NCBI GenBank assembly: GCA_040954595.2
Contig: CM082593.2
Location: 11,731,477-11,795,476, forward strand
Source of the DNA: Balanoglossus misakiensis
Taxonomy: Eukaryota > Animalia > Hemichordata
DNA length: 64,000 bases
Direction of reading: 5' to 3'
Every line of letters starts with the position of its first letter. The first letter of the stretch is position 1. The position numbers and the translations under genes are program-made. The notes beneath the pieces were generated by a model. It did not search any database. It was not told where the DNA came from and was given only the letters and a program-made list of their open reading frames with translations. Shown in pieces: positions 39,927 through 53,727 of the stretch.

Positions 39927-42900
39927 CAGAAGGGCAAATACAGACAAAACTTTCAAATTTTGGGTTAGATTTATAGAGGAAGATTTGTTTGCATACATGT
40001 CTTTGTACATTGCAATAAGGTCAGGAAATTGGAACCTTCGAATATCGGCTTTGAAATAATAAACCCACTGTTCCATGCATATGACCGATCCCTGTACTTG
40101 AGGTTAATTCCCAGACATCTTGCTGACCTTCTGAAGATGCCAAACTCTCTGTTGTTACATTTCAAAGCAGGTGGTTTTGTTTGCAATTTGTCAGGCTCAA
40201 CTTGGGTTAATGTAGCACTAGATGAAGCCCATGAAATGTGCGTCAATAAAGATGTTAAAGCTGCATTGCATACTTCTACAGGTGGGTTAATGGAGAGAAT
40301 AGCAATTTATTTACCCTATAGAGCTATGGCTGCCAAGAATCTAAAAGATCAGTTATTTTCTTTCTAAAATGAAACCCATAATTCAGTTAGTGTACATAAA
40401 ATACATGAGTCAAACTGCAGGTTGTATATCAATTGTCTTGAAGGTGCTGATGTATTTTCACCACTTAATACCGCCAGGGAGCTAACTAATATATTTTCAG
40501 ATGACACAGCAAAGAATAGCGTCAAGGACACTGTGGTCCCATTTGAGGATTATGCGGAAACAGTGACACACCAGAATAAAAATTACAGGTGACATTGCAA
40601 GCAGATATGATCTTACGATATAGAAATATGGAATGTAAAAAAAATTAACAAGGAACATGCCCAATAAATTGTCATGTGTCATGACAGTCTTACAAGTAGT
40701 GCTAGAAAAAAAATTGACAAAAAATTGCCTGTGCAAACATATATGAGAAGCAACTTCTTTCAGTCAGCTCAGAAACAGACAGACAGACAGACACACACAC
40801 TGACCTGCCACTAGTAATAAACAATTTAATAGCCCATGGTCTCTCTAACAGCTGGCTTATTGAAGTTATGTAAACATGTCTAAGTTGGGGGTAACAACTC
40901 CTTGTAAACAGTAACTTTCAAAACAACTGGACAATTGGTTTAGGAGAAAAAACTCGCTAAATATTGAATATTTCTGATATCAGAATTGAATAAAAGTTGC
41001 ACATATACATGTATGTGTTATGAAATTATATCCTAAATTTCAAAGCAATCAGAGAAAAAACAAATTTCAAAGCAATCAACAAGCAGTTTCACAAAAAAAT
41101 ATTTGTTCAAAAGTGGCAAAAACACAAAATTGTACAATACCTTACTTCAACCACTACAAGGAACATGCTGCCAAAGTTCAATGCAATATGACAAGCAGTT
41201 TCAGGAAAACAATTTTTGACAAAAATTGCAAAAGTTTCCCCGATAACACATTTATGAAAATATCACATTTTTTACAACATATTATTTGGGTTACACCTAC
41301 GAACATGCCTACCAAATTGCAAAGTAATCCGGCATGCGGTTTTACAGAAAAAAAAAAATTGACCAAAAATGCCAAATATTGCTCAAAATTATAAATATGC
41401 AAATTTTACAACAATTTGAACAAAACTATGGTTACTCAGACAACAATTGCGAAGCTTCATACTAAATTTAAAAGAAGTAAGCCCATCACTTTCAGAAATG
41501 AAGACTTTTTAACAATAACATGGAAAAATACAAACAAATGCATAAAAAATAGGAAATCAATAATATTAGCTCAAAACATACATTAATTGTAGGCCAAACA
41601 AGAGAAAACTAGTGAACTTCTTGTCAGCCACATCTTTAAAAATAATTGTACCGGCTCTGCAAGGTGATCATGTCCTCATTACAGCAGGTGGCTTTGATGG
41701 GGAAAATAGGGACAAGAGTCTTTTCGTCGGTAGTAATGGAATTGTGTCTGAGTGGGAAGCCAAAAGTTGTCATGAAGAAGCTGACAGTAGATGCATCCTT
41801 CATGCAGTTCAGTCCTCTTACAAGAAAGGTGTTATTTACCCCCCTGATACCGATACTTATCATGTTCTCCTCCCAGTACTATATCAACATGTTCAAAAGG
41901 AGATATTTGTACAACTGGATAATGATTTATCCAATCTCACTTATTTAGACATGAATCAATTCAAATCAGATTTAAATTAAGACCCTTATTTGCAACATAT
42001 TCCCCTCCAATATGTAGGCAAAATATTTCAAACAGTGTTCATATGCACAGGTTGTGACTATACTTTGCAGGCATCGGAAAGATATCTTTCTACAAGACAT
42101 TTTTTCAATACCCTGAGTTTATAACTAGTGGCACCCTTATACCTGGAACACTGATAGACATAACAGTAGACAGTGTAGGGAATGGAATTTTCGCTTTCAT
42201 ACGTTTAAAAGGTAGTGTTTATGTTAAGAAACATTTCCAAGCATTTGATGCATCTCATCTTTTTGAACTTTATCGACAAGTAGCCAGTGTCACTAACAGT
42301 CTTACAGATAACCACATCAAATGGCTTACATATATACGAGAAACAATTTGGCCACGTATCCAGTATGAGGAAGAATGTATCCCTTCCTTTGAAGCCCTAC
42401 AACTGCACTGGAAAAGATCATGCTGGGTCTCTCAGTAATGGTCCCAGGCCGATCAGTGCCATGTTACGTTTCCCTTATTCAATAATTATGGATACAGACT
42501 AAGCAACGGCGAACTTGATATTATTTGGGACAGTGATGCCAATTTAGAAAAAGTGAAAAATAATTTGGAGTTGCTAACAAAAGGGTGTGGCTGCAAAAAG
42601 ATGCCAACTTGTAATAGCAGTTGTTGTAAATGTTATAAGACCCACAATGGTTGTGGCCCTGCGTGTCAAGGCAATGACTCCAGTAATCCACATAATGGGA
42701 ACCCTGGATTCTGTACCACATCGAAAAAGTATGGGGTATGCCCAAAATATACAGATAAGTCACCACTATTAGAATCACCATCACCAATCACTGATACTGA
42801 ACATCATAATATGGAAAATAGCATTGATGCAATTTTACAGGAGGAGTCACATGAATTTGACATTTTAAGAGAAGAAGAGGGAAATATTTACGAGACTGAT

Positions 42901-43029
42901 TCTGACTTTGACGAACTGACTGATGAATATAACTTGACGGAAGAAAAACAAACTGATAATTCAAAGAATGGTGATTCCAATGATGGTGACTGTGATGACA
43001 TTTAATGAATCATCAATGAAATTGATTGG

Positions 43030-43900
43030 TCTTTTGTGGGTTGCAGCCCTATTGTGGTTTCAGTCATACCTTTCCAATCGCACCCTGTGTGTATGTGTTA
43101 ATTTCAGACATGGTTACTGTAACCGTGTTCCAAACAATCACCATTTTATCCGCTTGACACTGGGGTAATACAGGGATCAGTTCTTTGTCCTATACTTTTT
43201 AATATGTACACTTCTCCATTAGGTGAATTAGTTTCTAGTCATGGATGCCTGTACATAGCTTTTATGCAGATGGCTCTTCATTGTCTTTTACCAAGAAGAA
43301 TGCTCCCAGAATGCTTTCAAATCTAGAACATTGTATTTCCGATGTCGGTACTGAATGTCTGAAAATGTCTTGTGTTTAAATAACGATAAGACTGAATTTG
43401 TTATTTTTTCTGCTACTTCGGGTAATCTATCTGCCAGAGGGATTACAGAAATGCATGTGATGCTCTGAAACCTGTTCATTGTCTGACAATGATTGCACAG
43501 ATCTGCCATTCAGTCGCTTTTCATTTGCAGCATATTGCACTTGTCTGTAAATATTTATCTCAAGCCGCCACAGAGCAATAAAGTTCCTTCTTTTGTTGCA
43601 TTTCGAATAGATTCATGTAATTCACTTTTATTTGGGCTCCCTAAGTACTAGATCAGCCGTATTCAAGTTCAAAATATTGCTGCTAGTTCCAAAATCACCT
43701 TTTACATCAATGCAATTTCAGTTGCATTGGTTACCTGTGTCTGATCGTATTGTTTTCAAGATTTGTTTCTTATTTTTGAATTCATTCATAGACTTGGACC
43801 ATCATATCTGTCTGATATGATCAAATTGTATGTTCCAAATCGAAACTTGGAGTCAGCTGATCAGCTCAAACTCTGTCCTGTTCAGCCCAATGCAATGATG
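43030..43900 (+). mobile_element. Decayed L2/CR1-type LINE 3' fragment inside the Academ 3' region
   Basis: Scattered frames give WFQSYLSNRT, GVIQGSVLCPILFNMY, YAD, LNNDKTE and LHWLPVSDRIVFKI. Confidence 0.75.
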
Positions 43901-45520
43901 ACAACAGAAATTGCTTGCCTTCAGACACAAATATTTATTGCATATATCATCAGCGAATAAAGGGAAATGGTTTTGAAGTTACAGTTGGCATTTTGCATTC
44001 TCGAAATGTCTACTAATATCCCAGGCCACGATACAGAGAAAAAAAATACACCAGCTGAGCTCCTCACACGTACGTAGTCATGTATGGTAAACCTGGCATT
44101 CTGTCCATATGGGACCTACATTTGTAGGCGATAGATCGATGTTGTATTGAAATCAGGCTAGTAATTAAGTTAAAACTTGGCTAATACGTTACCTTAGGGT
44201 GTTATACATTATCCAGTAACTGTTTTACTTAAGAATTGCCTTTCAAAAGCTGTTTTCCCCACGTTAAACGTATTGTTTCACGATCAACGCAACACTTCTG
44301 TATTTACAAGGCTAACATGGAGCCGGAGAGGTCAACGTATACTTCCGGGTCATATCGTTGAACGACATCGATTATTTTTAAGCAGACTGTTACACAAGCA
44401 TTTCGAATTAATTTCTTTTCATGGATGTCGGGACCGATATTAGACCTCTCTGTCAGGAAAGTTTGGTTAACTTCCGAGGTCGTTTTCAAATGCTTTTTGA
44501 CACGTTTATGGATGTCTCTTTCGGGGTCACCAACATACCACTGAAAACACGTTAAAAACTTCTACTATTACCGACAGATTTTCATAAAATTTACGTCTGC
44601 AGTGAAAAATGGGAATCACTTTCGTAATTTATCCAGCTAACATGGTATTTTATTGCACAACAGAGCATAAAAATCAAGTTGAAAATCACCTTGAAAATTG
44701 GTCTATTGCAGTCTGTTTGAAAGTTAACGGTCGCTCGCTTGATGAACTTTCATATGCAAATGAGCACCGTGCGATCTGACTGTGTATATGTACTCCGTGT
44801 AGACTGAATGGGACCACTGTGTCCTTGACGCAATTTTTTACACTTATCAGGTATATGTTGACTAACACAAGCAAAAATATCACCAACTCATCTGAGAAAT
44901 CTTATCCAAGGTCCTAAGGTTGTGAGATTAATAGAATCTCACACTCCCAAGGACTAGTTGTCATAATTCTGACATGAGTTGGGGATTTTATGTCCCACAC
45001 GAGCCGCAGTCGAATGTGGGACAAAACATCCCTGACAAGTGTGGGAAATATGATCCTAGGTCCTTTGTGTATGAGATTATATTTCTCACACGGGCACAAA
45101 TTAGCCAAATTCGTCTTAAAACATTGAATAAATGACTCTTGAGTTGTCATCTGGCATGTTGTAGTTTCTTTATCCTGTCATTGGATAACATTTAGCGCAC
45201 GTTATTGAAAAACGCTTTGTCATCCAATCAGCGCTCGCGTCATATACAGCTTTCGATTCAGTGAGTGTGTGGGATTGATTTGTTCTTACACTCTGATCCC
45301 ACACTCTCAGCATGCCAGGAGTGTGAGAATCTATATAATTAAGATCTACGAGTTTGAAATTTTAGGTGAAGAGTTTATCAATTTCTTTGCCAACCCTGTA
45401 GGGCATTCTGGGATATGTGTTCATGCCAAAGCACAAACAGTTATGACCTGACAGCTCAGTTTGTACATCATTTCTACAAATCCACAAAGAAACTGAACGT
45501 TTAGAAAAGTCAGGCCTGTT

Positions 45521-46770
45521 ACTGCAGTAATCCACATAATGTACCACATCGAAAAAGTATGGGGTATGCCCAAAATATACAGATAAGTCACCACTATTAG
45601 AATCACCATCACCAATCACTGATACTGAACATCATAATATGGAAAATAGCATTTCGAATTAATTTCTTTTCACGGATGTCGGGACCGATATTAGACCTCT
45701 CTGTCAGGAAAGTTTGGTTAACTTCCGAGGTCGTTTTCAAATGATTTTTGACACGTTTGTGGACGTCTCTTTCGGGGTCACCAACATACCACTGAAAACA
45801 CGTTAAAAACTTCTACTATTACCGACAGATTTTCATAAAATTTACGTCTGCAGTGAAAAATGGGAATCACTTTCGTAATTTATCCAGCTAACATGGTATT
45901 TTATTGCACAACAGAGCATAAAAATCAAGTTGAAAATCACCTTGAAAATTGGCCTATTGCAGTCTGTTTGAAAGTTAACGTTCGCTCGCTTGATGAACTT
46001 CCATATGCAAATGAGCACCGTGCGATCTGACTGTGTATATGTACTCCGTGTAGACTGAATGGGACCACTGTGTCCTTGATGCAATTTTTTACACTTATCA
46101 GGTATATGTTGACTAACACAAGCAAAAATTTCACCAACTCATCTGAGAAATCTTATCCCAGGTCCTAAGGTTGTAACATTAATAGAATCTTACACTCCCA
46201 AGGACTAGGGGTCATAATTCTGACATGAGTTGGGGATTTTATGTCCCACACGAGCCGCAGGCGAATGTGGGACAAAATATCCCTGACAAGTGTGGGAAAT
46301 ATGATCCTAGGTCCTTTGTGTATGAGATTATATTTCTCACACGGGCACAAATTAGCCAAATTCGTCTTAAAACATTGAATAAATGACTCTTGAGTTGTCA
46401 TCTGGCATGTTGTAGTTTCTTTACCCTGTCATTGGATAACATTTAGCGCACGTTATTAAAAATCGCTTTGTCATCCAATCAGCGCTCGCGTCATATACAG
46501 CTTTCGATTCAGTGAGTGTGTGGGATTGATTTGTTCTTACACTCTGATCCCACACTCTCAGCATGCCAGGAGTGTGAGAATCTATATAATTAAGATCTAC
46601 GAGTTTGAAATTTTAGGTGAAGAGTTTATCAATTTCTTTGCCAACCCTGTAGGGCATTCTGGGATATGTGTTCATGCCAAAGCACAAACAGTTATGACCT
46701 GACAGCTCAGTTTGTACATCATTTCTACAAATCCACAAAGAAACTGAAAGTTTAGAAAAGTCAGGCCTGT
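45521..46770 (+). repeat. Duplicated Academ right end plus flank, carrying copy-A-type deletions
   Basis: After caggcctgtt the sequence restarts at the equivalent of 15423. A third right TIR ends at 46033 and is followed by TGTA. Confidence 0.9.
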
Positions 46771-46909
46771 TAGAAATATTAGAAATATCACTGTTAATAC
46801 TTAATTTCAAAGCCATGTGAATTTGTTCAATTTAAGAAAATTTTAAAGGAAGGGAGGATAGGTATTGACTTGAATAATTACAATGGATGTTTTTGTTTTC
46901 TATTTTCAG

Positions 46910-47029
46910 ATGTGAATGAGTGTTCAGATTCTGTTTGTGCTGGAGGTTGTCACAATGCAGAGGGTGGATTCAGCTGTAGTTGTGGTGATGATGGTTTTTC
47001 TCTGAGTGCGGATCATGTCAATTGTTTAG
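46910..47029 (+). pseudogene. Calcium-binding EGF exon (copy B)
   Basis: DVNECSDSVCAGGCHNAEGGFSCSCGDDGFSLSADHVNCL, AG/GTAAG. Confidence 0.85.
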
Positions 47030-48811
47030 GTAAGTTTTTTTTGAGTGGGGAGGGTATAGGCTAACAATGGCTTTGCATTTCCTGCCACAAAAGGGTGCTT
47101 ACAGAAGTTGTAAGTTGCAGAGATTACAGCCAGTCACCATGTTAAAAAAGAAAATAATTTAAAGTTATCAGGCACTTTCCATAGTTAGAAATATAGCGTC
47201 AAGGACACTTGGTGCTCTCTCAGTGTGTAGTGGATGACGAGCAGAATGTTTGGAGAACAGTGCAAACACCACAGTGAAATGCTGAACTGATTTGCTCATG
47301 TAATATTAAATGCAGCCTGATAAGGTAGGTGCTTGACAGGGGGAAAAACCACTTGTCCTGGGCTCTAATAACTGTTTTAAATTAAGTCTTAAAAATGGCC
47401 TGCACTCACAAATGGCCTCACACAAATATATTGTCATTTCCCTCTCAGATTCTGGATATTATGTTATACTGATGGGATTCATTGTGTATGTCGTATCAAA
47501 TTGCACCAGTGCGAGCTATGAGAAATGTGTTTTGAAAAAAAACAGTGCTTAGAAGTACTAGTCTAAAAGTGAAAGAAATACATTTGGAAAAAAAAATATC
47601 AGACAGCATTCAAGATCAGCTGAAGTGTTTTGATAAAATTTCTCCATATTCAAGTATATACTTTCATGTGCTGACTATAGTAGTGTAGGTGGTAGCAAAA
47701 AAAATACATGAATTGTTCAAACAGAAAGTTCAATCATTTAGTTTCCCCAGTTTATGGGTGCATAGCAGTTGTGAACATAGTATATGAAATAAATTAAAAT
47801 AGTCATTGCTCTCTGGTCCATCATTTTCGCTAGAAGTGACCTGATTTCACATCAATAGTTTCCCACCCGTCATTTCAAGCTAATTTCATGTAGAACAAAA
47901 CTCCTATACAACATAATAACATTTCTAGAACCTTTTTTTGATGGTTGGGCCCACAGACTAACACTAGTGGTTCTAAAAAGAAACTTCCATAACAACCTGT
48001 ACGCTTGATGCATTCAAGTCAGGGCACACCTAACCCATTCAAAATATGCAAATTAGAAAAAGACGCATATGCATTATTTGTGTCCCCAGAGACACACACA
48101 GGAAATCAAGCGAGTGCGGCCACTAGCTGAAAGAGCTGAATTCAATAGATTGCCTTACAATGTTCATGATACAAGGGGGTGATGATCAATGAACAGAACA
48201 GCGGTCCACTTTCACGCATTGTAGTGCACTGATCATGGCAAGTTGATCATGTCAAAACAAACGACGATGTTAGATAGCAGTGCTTCGCAAGTTTGACTAA
48301 TTTGTATGAAAATTGTCTCGCCAAACTTTTTTCTCGCGGGTAGCAAAAACACTGCTGGCTAATCCGTTCCGATTTCTGTCCCTGTTCCAATTCTTCCGCA
48401 ACACCTCAAAGCTACACACCACCGCCAAAAACATAAAGCTAGAAAATGGTATGAATTCTTGACGGACGGAAGTAGTTTGACAGACGGTAGTAGCTCATAC
48501 CCAACTTGACAGACTCCCCTGTTTACACTTCGGAGCCAAAAAAACGAGTTTGTTGTCTCGTGCATGATATTTTTGGCTTTTAAACACTACCTTGTTAAAT
48601 TTAATGTGGTTACTACATTGTTTGTTTATCAGTATACAGTACTGGTACAGATAAACATATGTAATGACCAAGTTATATGCCAGATGATATTTATTAAGTT
48701 TCACACAATTTTGCTCTCTTGTTGTATATTTTCAAATGTGTACTCAAAGAAAACTGTAATTCACATGTATTCATTCTAACACATTTTATGATATTTGTGT
48801 TTTCCCCGCAG

Positions 48812-48949
48812 ATGACAATGAGTGCGATCAAGCTGGTTTGTCACCATGCCAACAAGTAGGTTGCAACACACCAACCAGTTACCAGAGTGTGGTTGCAGAC
48901 CAGGATTCAACATACATGCGTTTGTGAGTATCTACAATTTGGAGAGAAA
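48812..48949 (+). pseudogene. Decayed calcium-binding EGF exon (copy B)
   Basis: DDNECDQAGLSPCQQVGCNTPTSY, then a frameshift, then ECGCRPGF. Confidence 0.75.
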
Positions 48950-49064
48950 GTAAGATGTATGGGTTTGTACTTAGTGTCTTATACATGTATATGTGACACT
49001 GAAATCATATATTGTACAATCAGTCATTGGTAAATGTCTGCTATTCATGACACAGATCAACATA

Positions 49065-49228
49065 CAGTCAAACCTGTTAGTGGCCACCTCTATTAGGCAG
49101 CCACCTCTATATAGTGGCCACTTTATTCTAGTCCCTGTGCAATTTACAACTACATTAATTGACTTTTCTACAAGGTATAATGGCCACCTATCTATAAAGG
49201 CCAGTTTAGAAAAGTCCCTTCACTAGCC
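49065..49228. mobile_element. Tc1/mariner/pogo-like MITE (TA|cagtcaaacctg); relatives near 25080, 28614 and 49707-49871
   Basis: cagtcaaacctg..caggtttgacag inverted ends preceded by TA. Confidence 0.6.
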
Positions 49229-51491
49229 ATAATGAGCAGGTTTGACAGCTGTTGTGTTGATTTCTGTCTGTTTTACGTGTAACACAATCATGACATTTTT
49301 CATAAAGAGGGCAGCCTTCCAAAATTAAGTGTCATCTCAATGCAGACAATGTGAAAAAGGCGGTCAGTAGAGTACTGCTCGAGCTCATCTAGTTTGTTTT
49401 ATACATGATACAAGTTGCGTGTAAAACTGACCTTACAATAAAATGTGGCTGTCGAACATAAGTCCCAACTATAGTGTTGATACACAAGACTCTCAAGTTT
49501 TTACTCTGTAACCGACTGGCCTCGTGTTCGCGTCTTGGAAGGGTAATATGACTGCATAGCAATGTTTTATGACAATTTAGTACATAGAGAAATGGAATAC
49601 TGTGACATTATTGACTCTGGGAACTATGTAGATAATGCCCAGCCTAAATATACTGACTGTCTGCAATTATAGTTTTAGCATTTTTGTTCAATTGCACTTT
49701 CAAGTACAGTCAAAGCCGTCTAACACCAAAGGGACTGAAGAAATTGTTCAGATTGCAGGTGTCCAATTTAAAGAGGTTCTTTCAACATGTGGTTCCATGT
49801 CAAAGGGTTTGAACAATGTCTTTGGAATAGACAGGTTTCCCAACAGGGTTCGGTTGAGACAGGTTTTACTGTATTTTGATACATGCTCTGGCTTAACCCT
49901 ATCACCACCATGGTTCAGTCTAAACCCGTTTGTTTTCTATAGTAAGGTTGGATCTTTAAAGAGAAAACTGTTTCTTTTTTCTGGGAATATCTTTATTTCT
50001 TCTGTCACAAAAATTGCATGGGAATTCTAATTCTAAAAGGAAAACTTATTTGATAAAAGATCTCAAAGTCAAGTTTTGGATGTGGCTCCAGTTCAAGTAT
50101 TGTAGGTGACTAGTTTTCTGGAGTTCAAGTCTGTATACTTGCAATAGAGTTGGTCACATGGACTTGGGTAATCTGAGTGTGTCAGAAATTGAACTTACAT
50201 ACATTGAGTTGAGTAAAAGAACATGTCTGGTGTATTACTGTAATGTGACTAGATACAGCAAATGCCTTAACTATAAGCGTATGTGAAAATACGCAGTTTT
50301 CATCGATATATCTGATTCACGAAATTAAATACACATGTTCATTAAAACCTACTATGATAGAGCGCCCCCACTGTATAGAATGTCAATTTTGAAGTCCTAC
50401 ATCTATGACATCATGCCTAGCTGTCAATGTTAACTGATGTGTACTTGTACTACTAGTAAATGGAAGTATTTTAAAGTAAAGCTCAGATGCAAGTTTTTGT
50501 AAAATAAATATAATATTAAAACGTTGCAATCATTTTAGTCCTTTGGAACAGAGGTCCAATTGACTAATGTGATCACTCTGTGTGCGGCATATGGCATATT
50601 AAGCATTTAGTATTTTTCAATCAAAAGCCATTAATCCTGTGATTAATTCTGCTTCTTGCATCATTGATTTAAATCACCACACATGAATATTTTTTTCCAA
50701 AGGACTGTGGTGCCCAAGTTTTTATGATAAGATAAACAAACAGTGAAATTCACTGAAGAAGTGAGCGAGCACTTGCCCACTCATTGTTCAATGAAAGGTG
50801 ACCACCAAAACAAAAGTATTGAGAAAATAACCCGAAGTTGGAGTTACTGAGTTTTAAATTGATTTCAATAATCTCCCAAGTGAAAAGCTTGGCTTGGCTG
50901 AAGCTCCTGTAGTCATGTTACCTGTAAGTAGATTGACACAGATGACAATGTTTGACTGTTTACACATTTCTTTGTTTGATCTTTCAGAACATTTTTTTTC
51001 ATTTCTGCTGAAATCCAGTCCATCACCAATTGTGATTACTCAGTCCTGTTTACTGTTCATTGTTGACAGATTTGAATCTGGAGGTGGAAAGGCTGGACAC
51101 AGGACTGGGATTTCTAAACACCCAACTATGGAGAGCATGGCAGAGACATTTTCTGTCAAAGTGGCAATGAACTGGTATGACTGGCTGTTAGCTGCACTGG
51201 ATTGTTACACCTAGGTGTTTGGTGAGAAGTTACTAGGACCAGCAGACTTGTTTTCAGGTTGGGTCTGAAATTTTTGTCTTCACATATTCGCTGAACACTG
51301 CGTCTCACGTGACTAAGCAAGACACCTCACGAAGACAGACACAGATACAGGCCATCCACCATTTTGTAATGTGTTAGTTTTTTGACACTCTGGAAATGGT
51401 CTAATGCGCATGTCTGTTGTAAAACTTGCGTACATTTGTGTCAGTAGTTGCATTAATTTTAGCTTCACTTCCATCATAAACTGTTGGTTTT

Positions 51492-52097
51492 TTGGGTCCC
51501 ATTGGTATGTACCATGGGACCTTATGGGATCGGATGCGTTTGTATGTATGTGTGTATGTATGTATGGATGGATGGATGGATAGATGGATGGATGGATGTC
51601 TGTATGTCCACATCAAAAACTTGTAAACCGCTGCGTGTATCACCTTGATATTTGGTGTGCTGATGCAGGCTGGGCTCTAGATGGGAGTTTGTTCAAATGA
51701 AGTTGTCATTGCCAAAAATATGCAAATTAGCTGGAAAAATGTGAATTTGGGCAAAACTCAGTAACTCAAGAAGTACTGGTCAGATTGCTTTGCAAAGTGG
51801 TGTGTATTTACTTTATTGAGTTGGTTTAATTAGGCAGGAACTCCCCTCCTGTGATTCATATGAACACGGCAAATTTCTGAATGATTACATGACTGGCTAA
51901 GTTTTAAAGAGGCCAGCTGTTCTATTTAGTGTATGTGTAGTACATATGCCATGGCAGCTTATGGGTCAGTCAGTGTTTGCCCATTGATCTCTCGCTATGT
52001 GTGTGTGTGTGTGTCTGTATATGGCCCTGTACTCCGGTGTAGACTTTTTCTTTGTAATCACTCAATGGGACCGCCGTATCCTTGATGCGATTTTTTT
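51492..52097 (+). mobile_element. Helentron-associated (DINE-1/HINE-like) element
   Basis: 5' inverted repeat ggtcccat..atgggacc, (gtat)n/(ggat)n microsatellite, and 3' atgggacc plus a short hairpin before a T-run. Confidence 0.7.
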
Positions 52098-52511
52098 CGA
52101 TGGTAAAGTTGGACCTCTATAGAGGGGACCATTCCGAAGGGGGGGAAGGGTTAAAACTTAACCAATTCTCAATGATATTGATGGTGATGTACTTTGCAGG
52201 TGTGCGTTACATGTCCTCACAGTATTTAGCAGATAGCAGTCTGAGTGAAGAAATATGTCAATTTGATCTCAACAGTACGTGGGGCATTCTTGTCGCGATT
52301 TTTAAAATATGATTATTAAGGAAGGGTAAAAATGATTGCCAAGAAACGTGACAGATTGACTCTAGCCTGGAAGTAATAGAAAGTTTGTTTATTAGCCAAT
52401 GAGATTCCACAATTCTAAATACGGCAGTTTGTGCTTACCTGCCTCTTTGATGTTTGTCACTGAGGCAGGGTACCAGTCAATCTTCACATACATCGGTCAA
52501 TTGTTCTTATA

Positions 52512-53727
52512 CATAATCCCATGATATTTTTCTTTGTTTGACGTCATCGTATACGAGTGGTTTTTGCGGAGCCGTGCAACTTCGTGCCATAGGCCAGAAG
52601 TTGTACGACTCCGCGAAAACCACGAGTATACGATGACGTTAAACAAAGAAAAATGTCATGGGATTATATATTTATCACATGAACAGTCTTCTTATTTTCG
52701 TTAGAAGAGGTAGGATAAAAATATTCCAATATCTTGCTAAAATATTCGAGCGGCCTTGCAGTTTATTTAGCGGGATTACGTTCTTTCCCCTGCGCAACGA
52801 TCTGTGCCCCCCACGAGATATGCTAATAATGGAATCCCTTTCATTCATAAAGTGAAATCGACTTTCAAGTTTATACACTTTTGTGTCTTGTCTACCAATC
52901 AGATTCGCGGAGTCAGTCACATGGGCCAGAATTTTGATACATTCTGCCTGTCAATCATCGTCTCGCGCTGTGTACATGTCAACACAAGTCATCGCGTCGA
53001 GTTCGCCCGCAAAGTTATGCTGCAAGTCACAGTTTGACAGAAAAAATGACGCGCTTCATGTAAAACTTTATGAAAAAATATTACAGTTCCATTGCCATAT
53101 ATCCTAAAACCGTTATTGTGACAGGATATTAAAAATATTAGTGCAGGAACGATGTTCAAGGTTGTGTTTGCGTCGGCCTGGCTAGTCAGCGCTGTTGTGT
53201 TTCCGCAGAAACTACAACCCTCGTACAGAATCTCATCCTCGAACCCCACACAAATGTTTTCGATTCTCAAACAAATGAACTGCGACGTTTTTCCACGTCC
53301 TATACATTTCGTTGACCGGTGGACAGAATACAGAGTGTTAGTCGTCCCGTTCAGGTGGCTCGAAATCATTCTCGTAACTTCCGTAAGCCTAAAATCAAGT
53401 GTGCTGGCTCGCTTGGGATCGACCAGGCTGGCTAGCTGCAAGCACACATTCACGATCGTAGCGTTGACTTTTCAAATTCTACCTTTCTCGTATTGCTTTT
53501 ACCAAGCAATATTCTTTCGCAACCGTCATGGAACCGTCATTTTTATTTCAATCGTGTACAACTACGGGTTTATGCACTTGTTATTCCGTTTTACAAGGAA
53601 GTTATAGCGACGGGCGAATCAGTGAAAATAGTTCCGGTTGATGACGTAGAACAGGGGAAAATTCGGATTTTTTGTTCGACCTGTTCTTCGTCACACTGGT
53701 GGCTATACAGGCCAGTTCATGTGATAA
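52512..53727 (+). mobile_element. Uninterrupted hairpin-headed element (~1.2 kb)
   Basis: 5' palindrome, tttatcacatgaac, and 3' gttcatgtgataa. No convincing ORF. Confidence 0.85.

Larger units (their letters stand above)
32193..44782 (+). mobile_element. Academ-type DNA transposon with OTU domain, decayed copy B (more complete 3' end)
   Basis: Same TIRs; TGTA at 32189-32192 and 44783-44786. Retains GCGCKK..C..CCKC.K...CGPAC and an acidic tail ending at a stop at 43005. Confidence 0.8.
29588..49082 (+). repeat. Segmental duplication, copy B
   Basis: Paralogous to 3292-20483. Confidence 0.95.
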
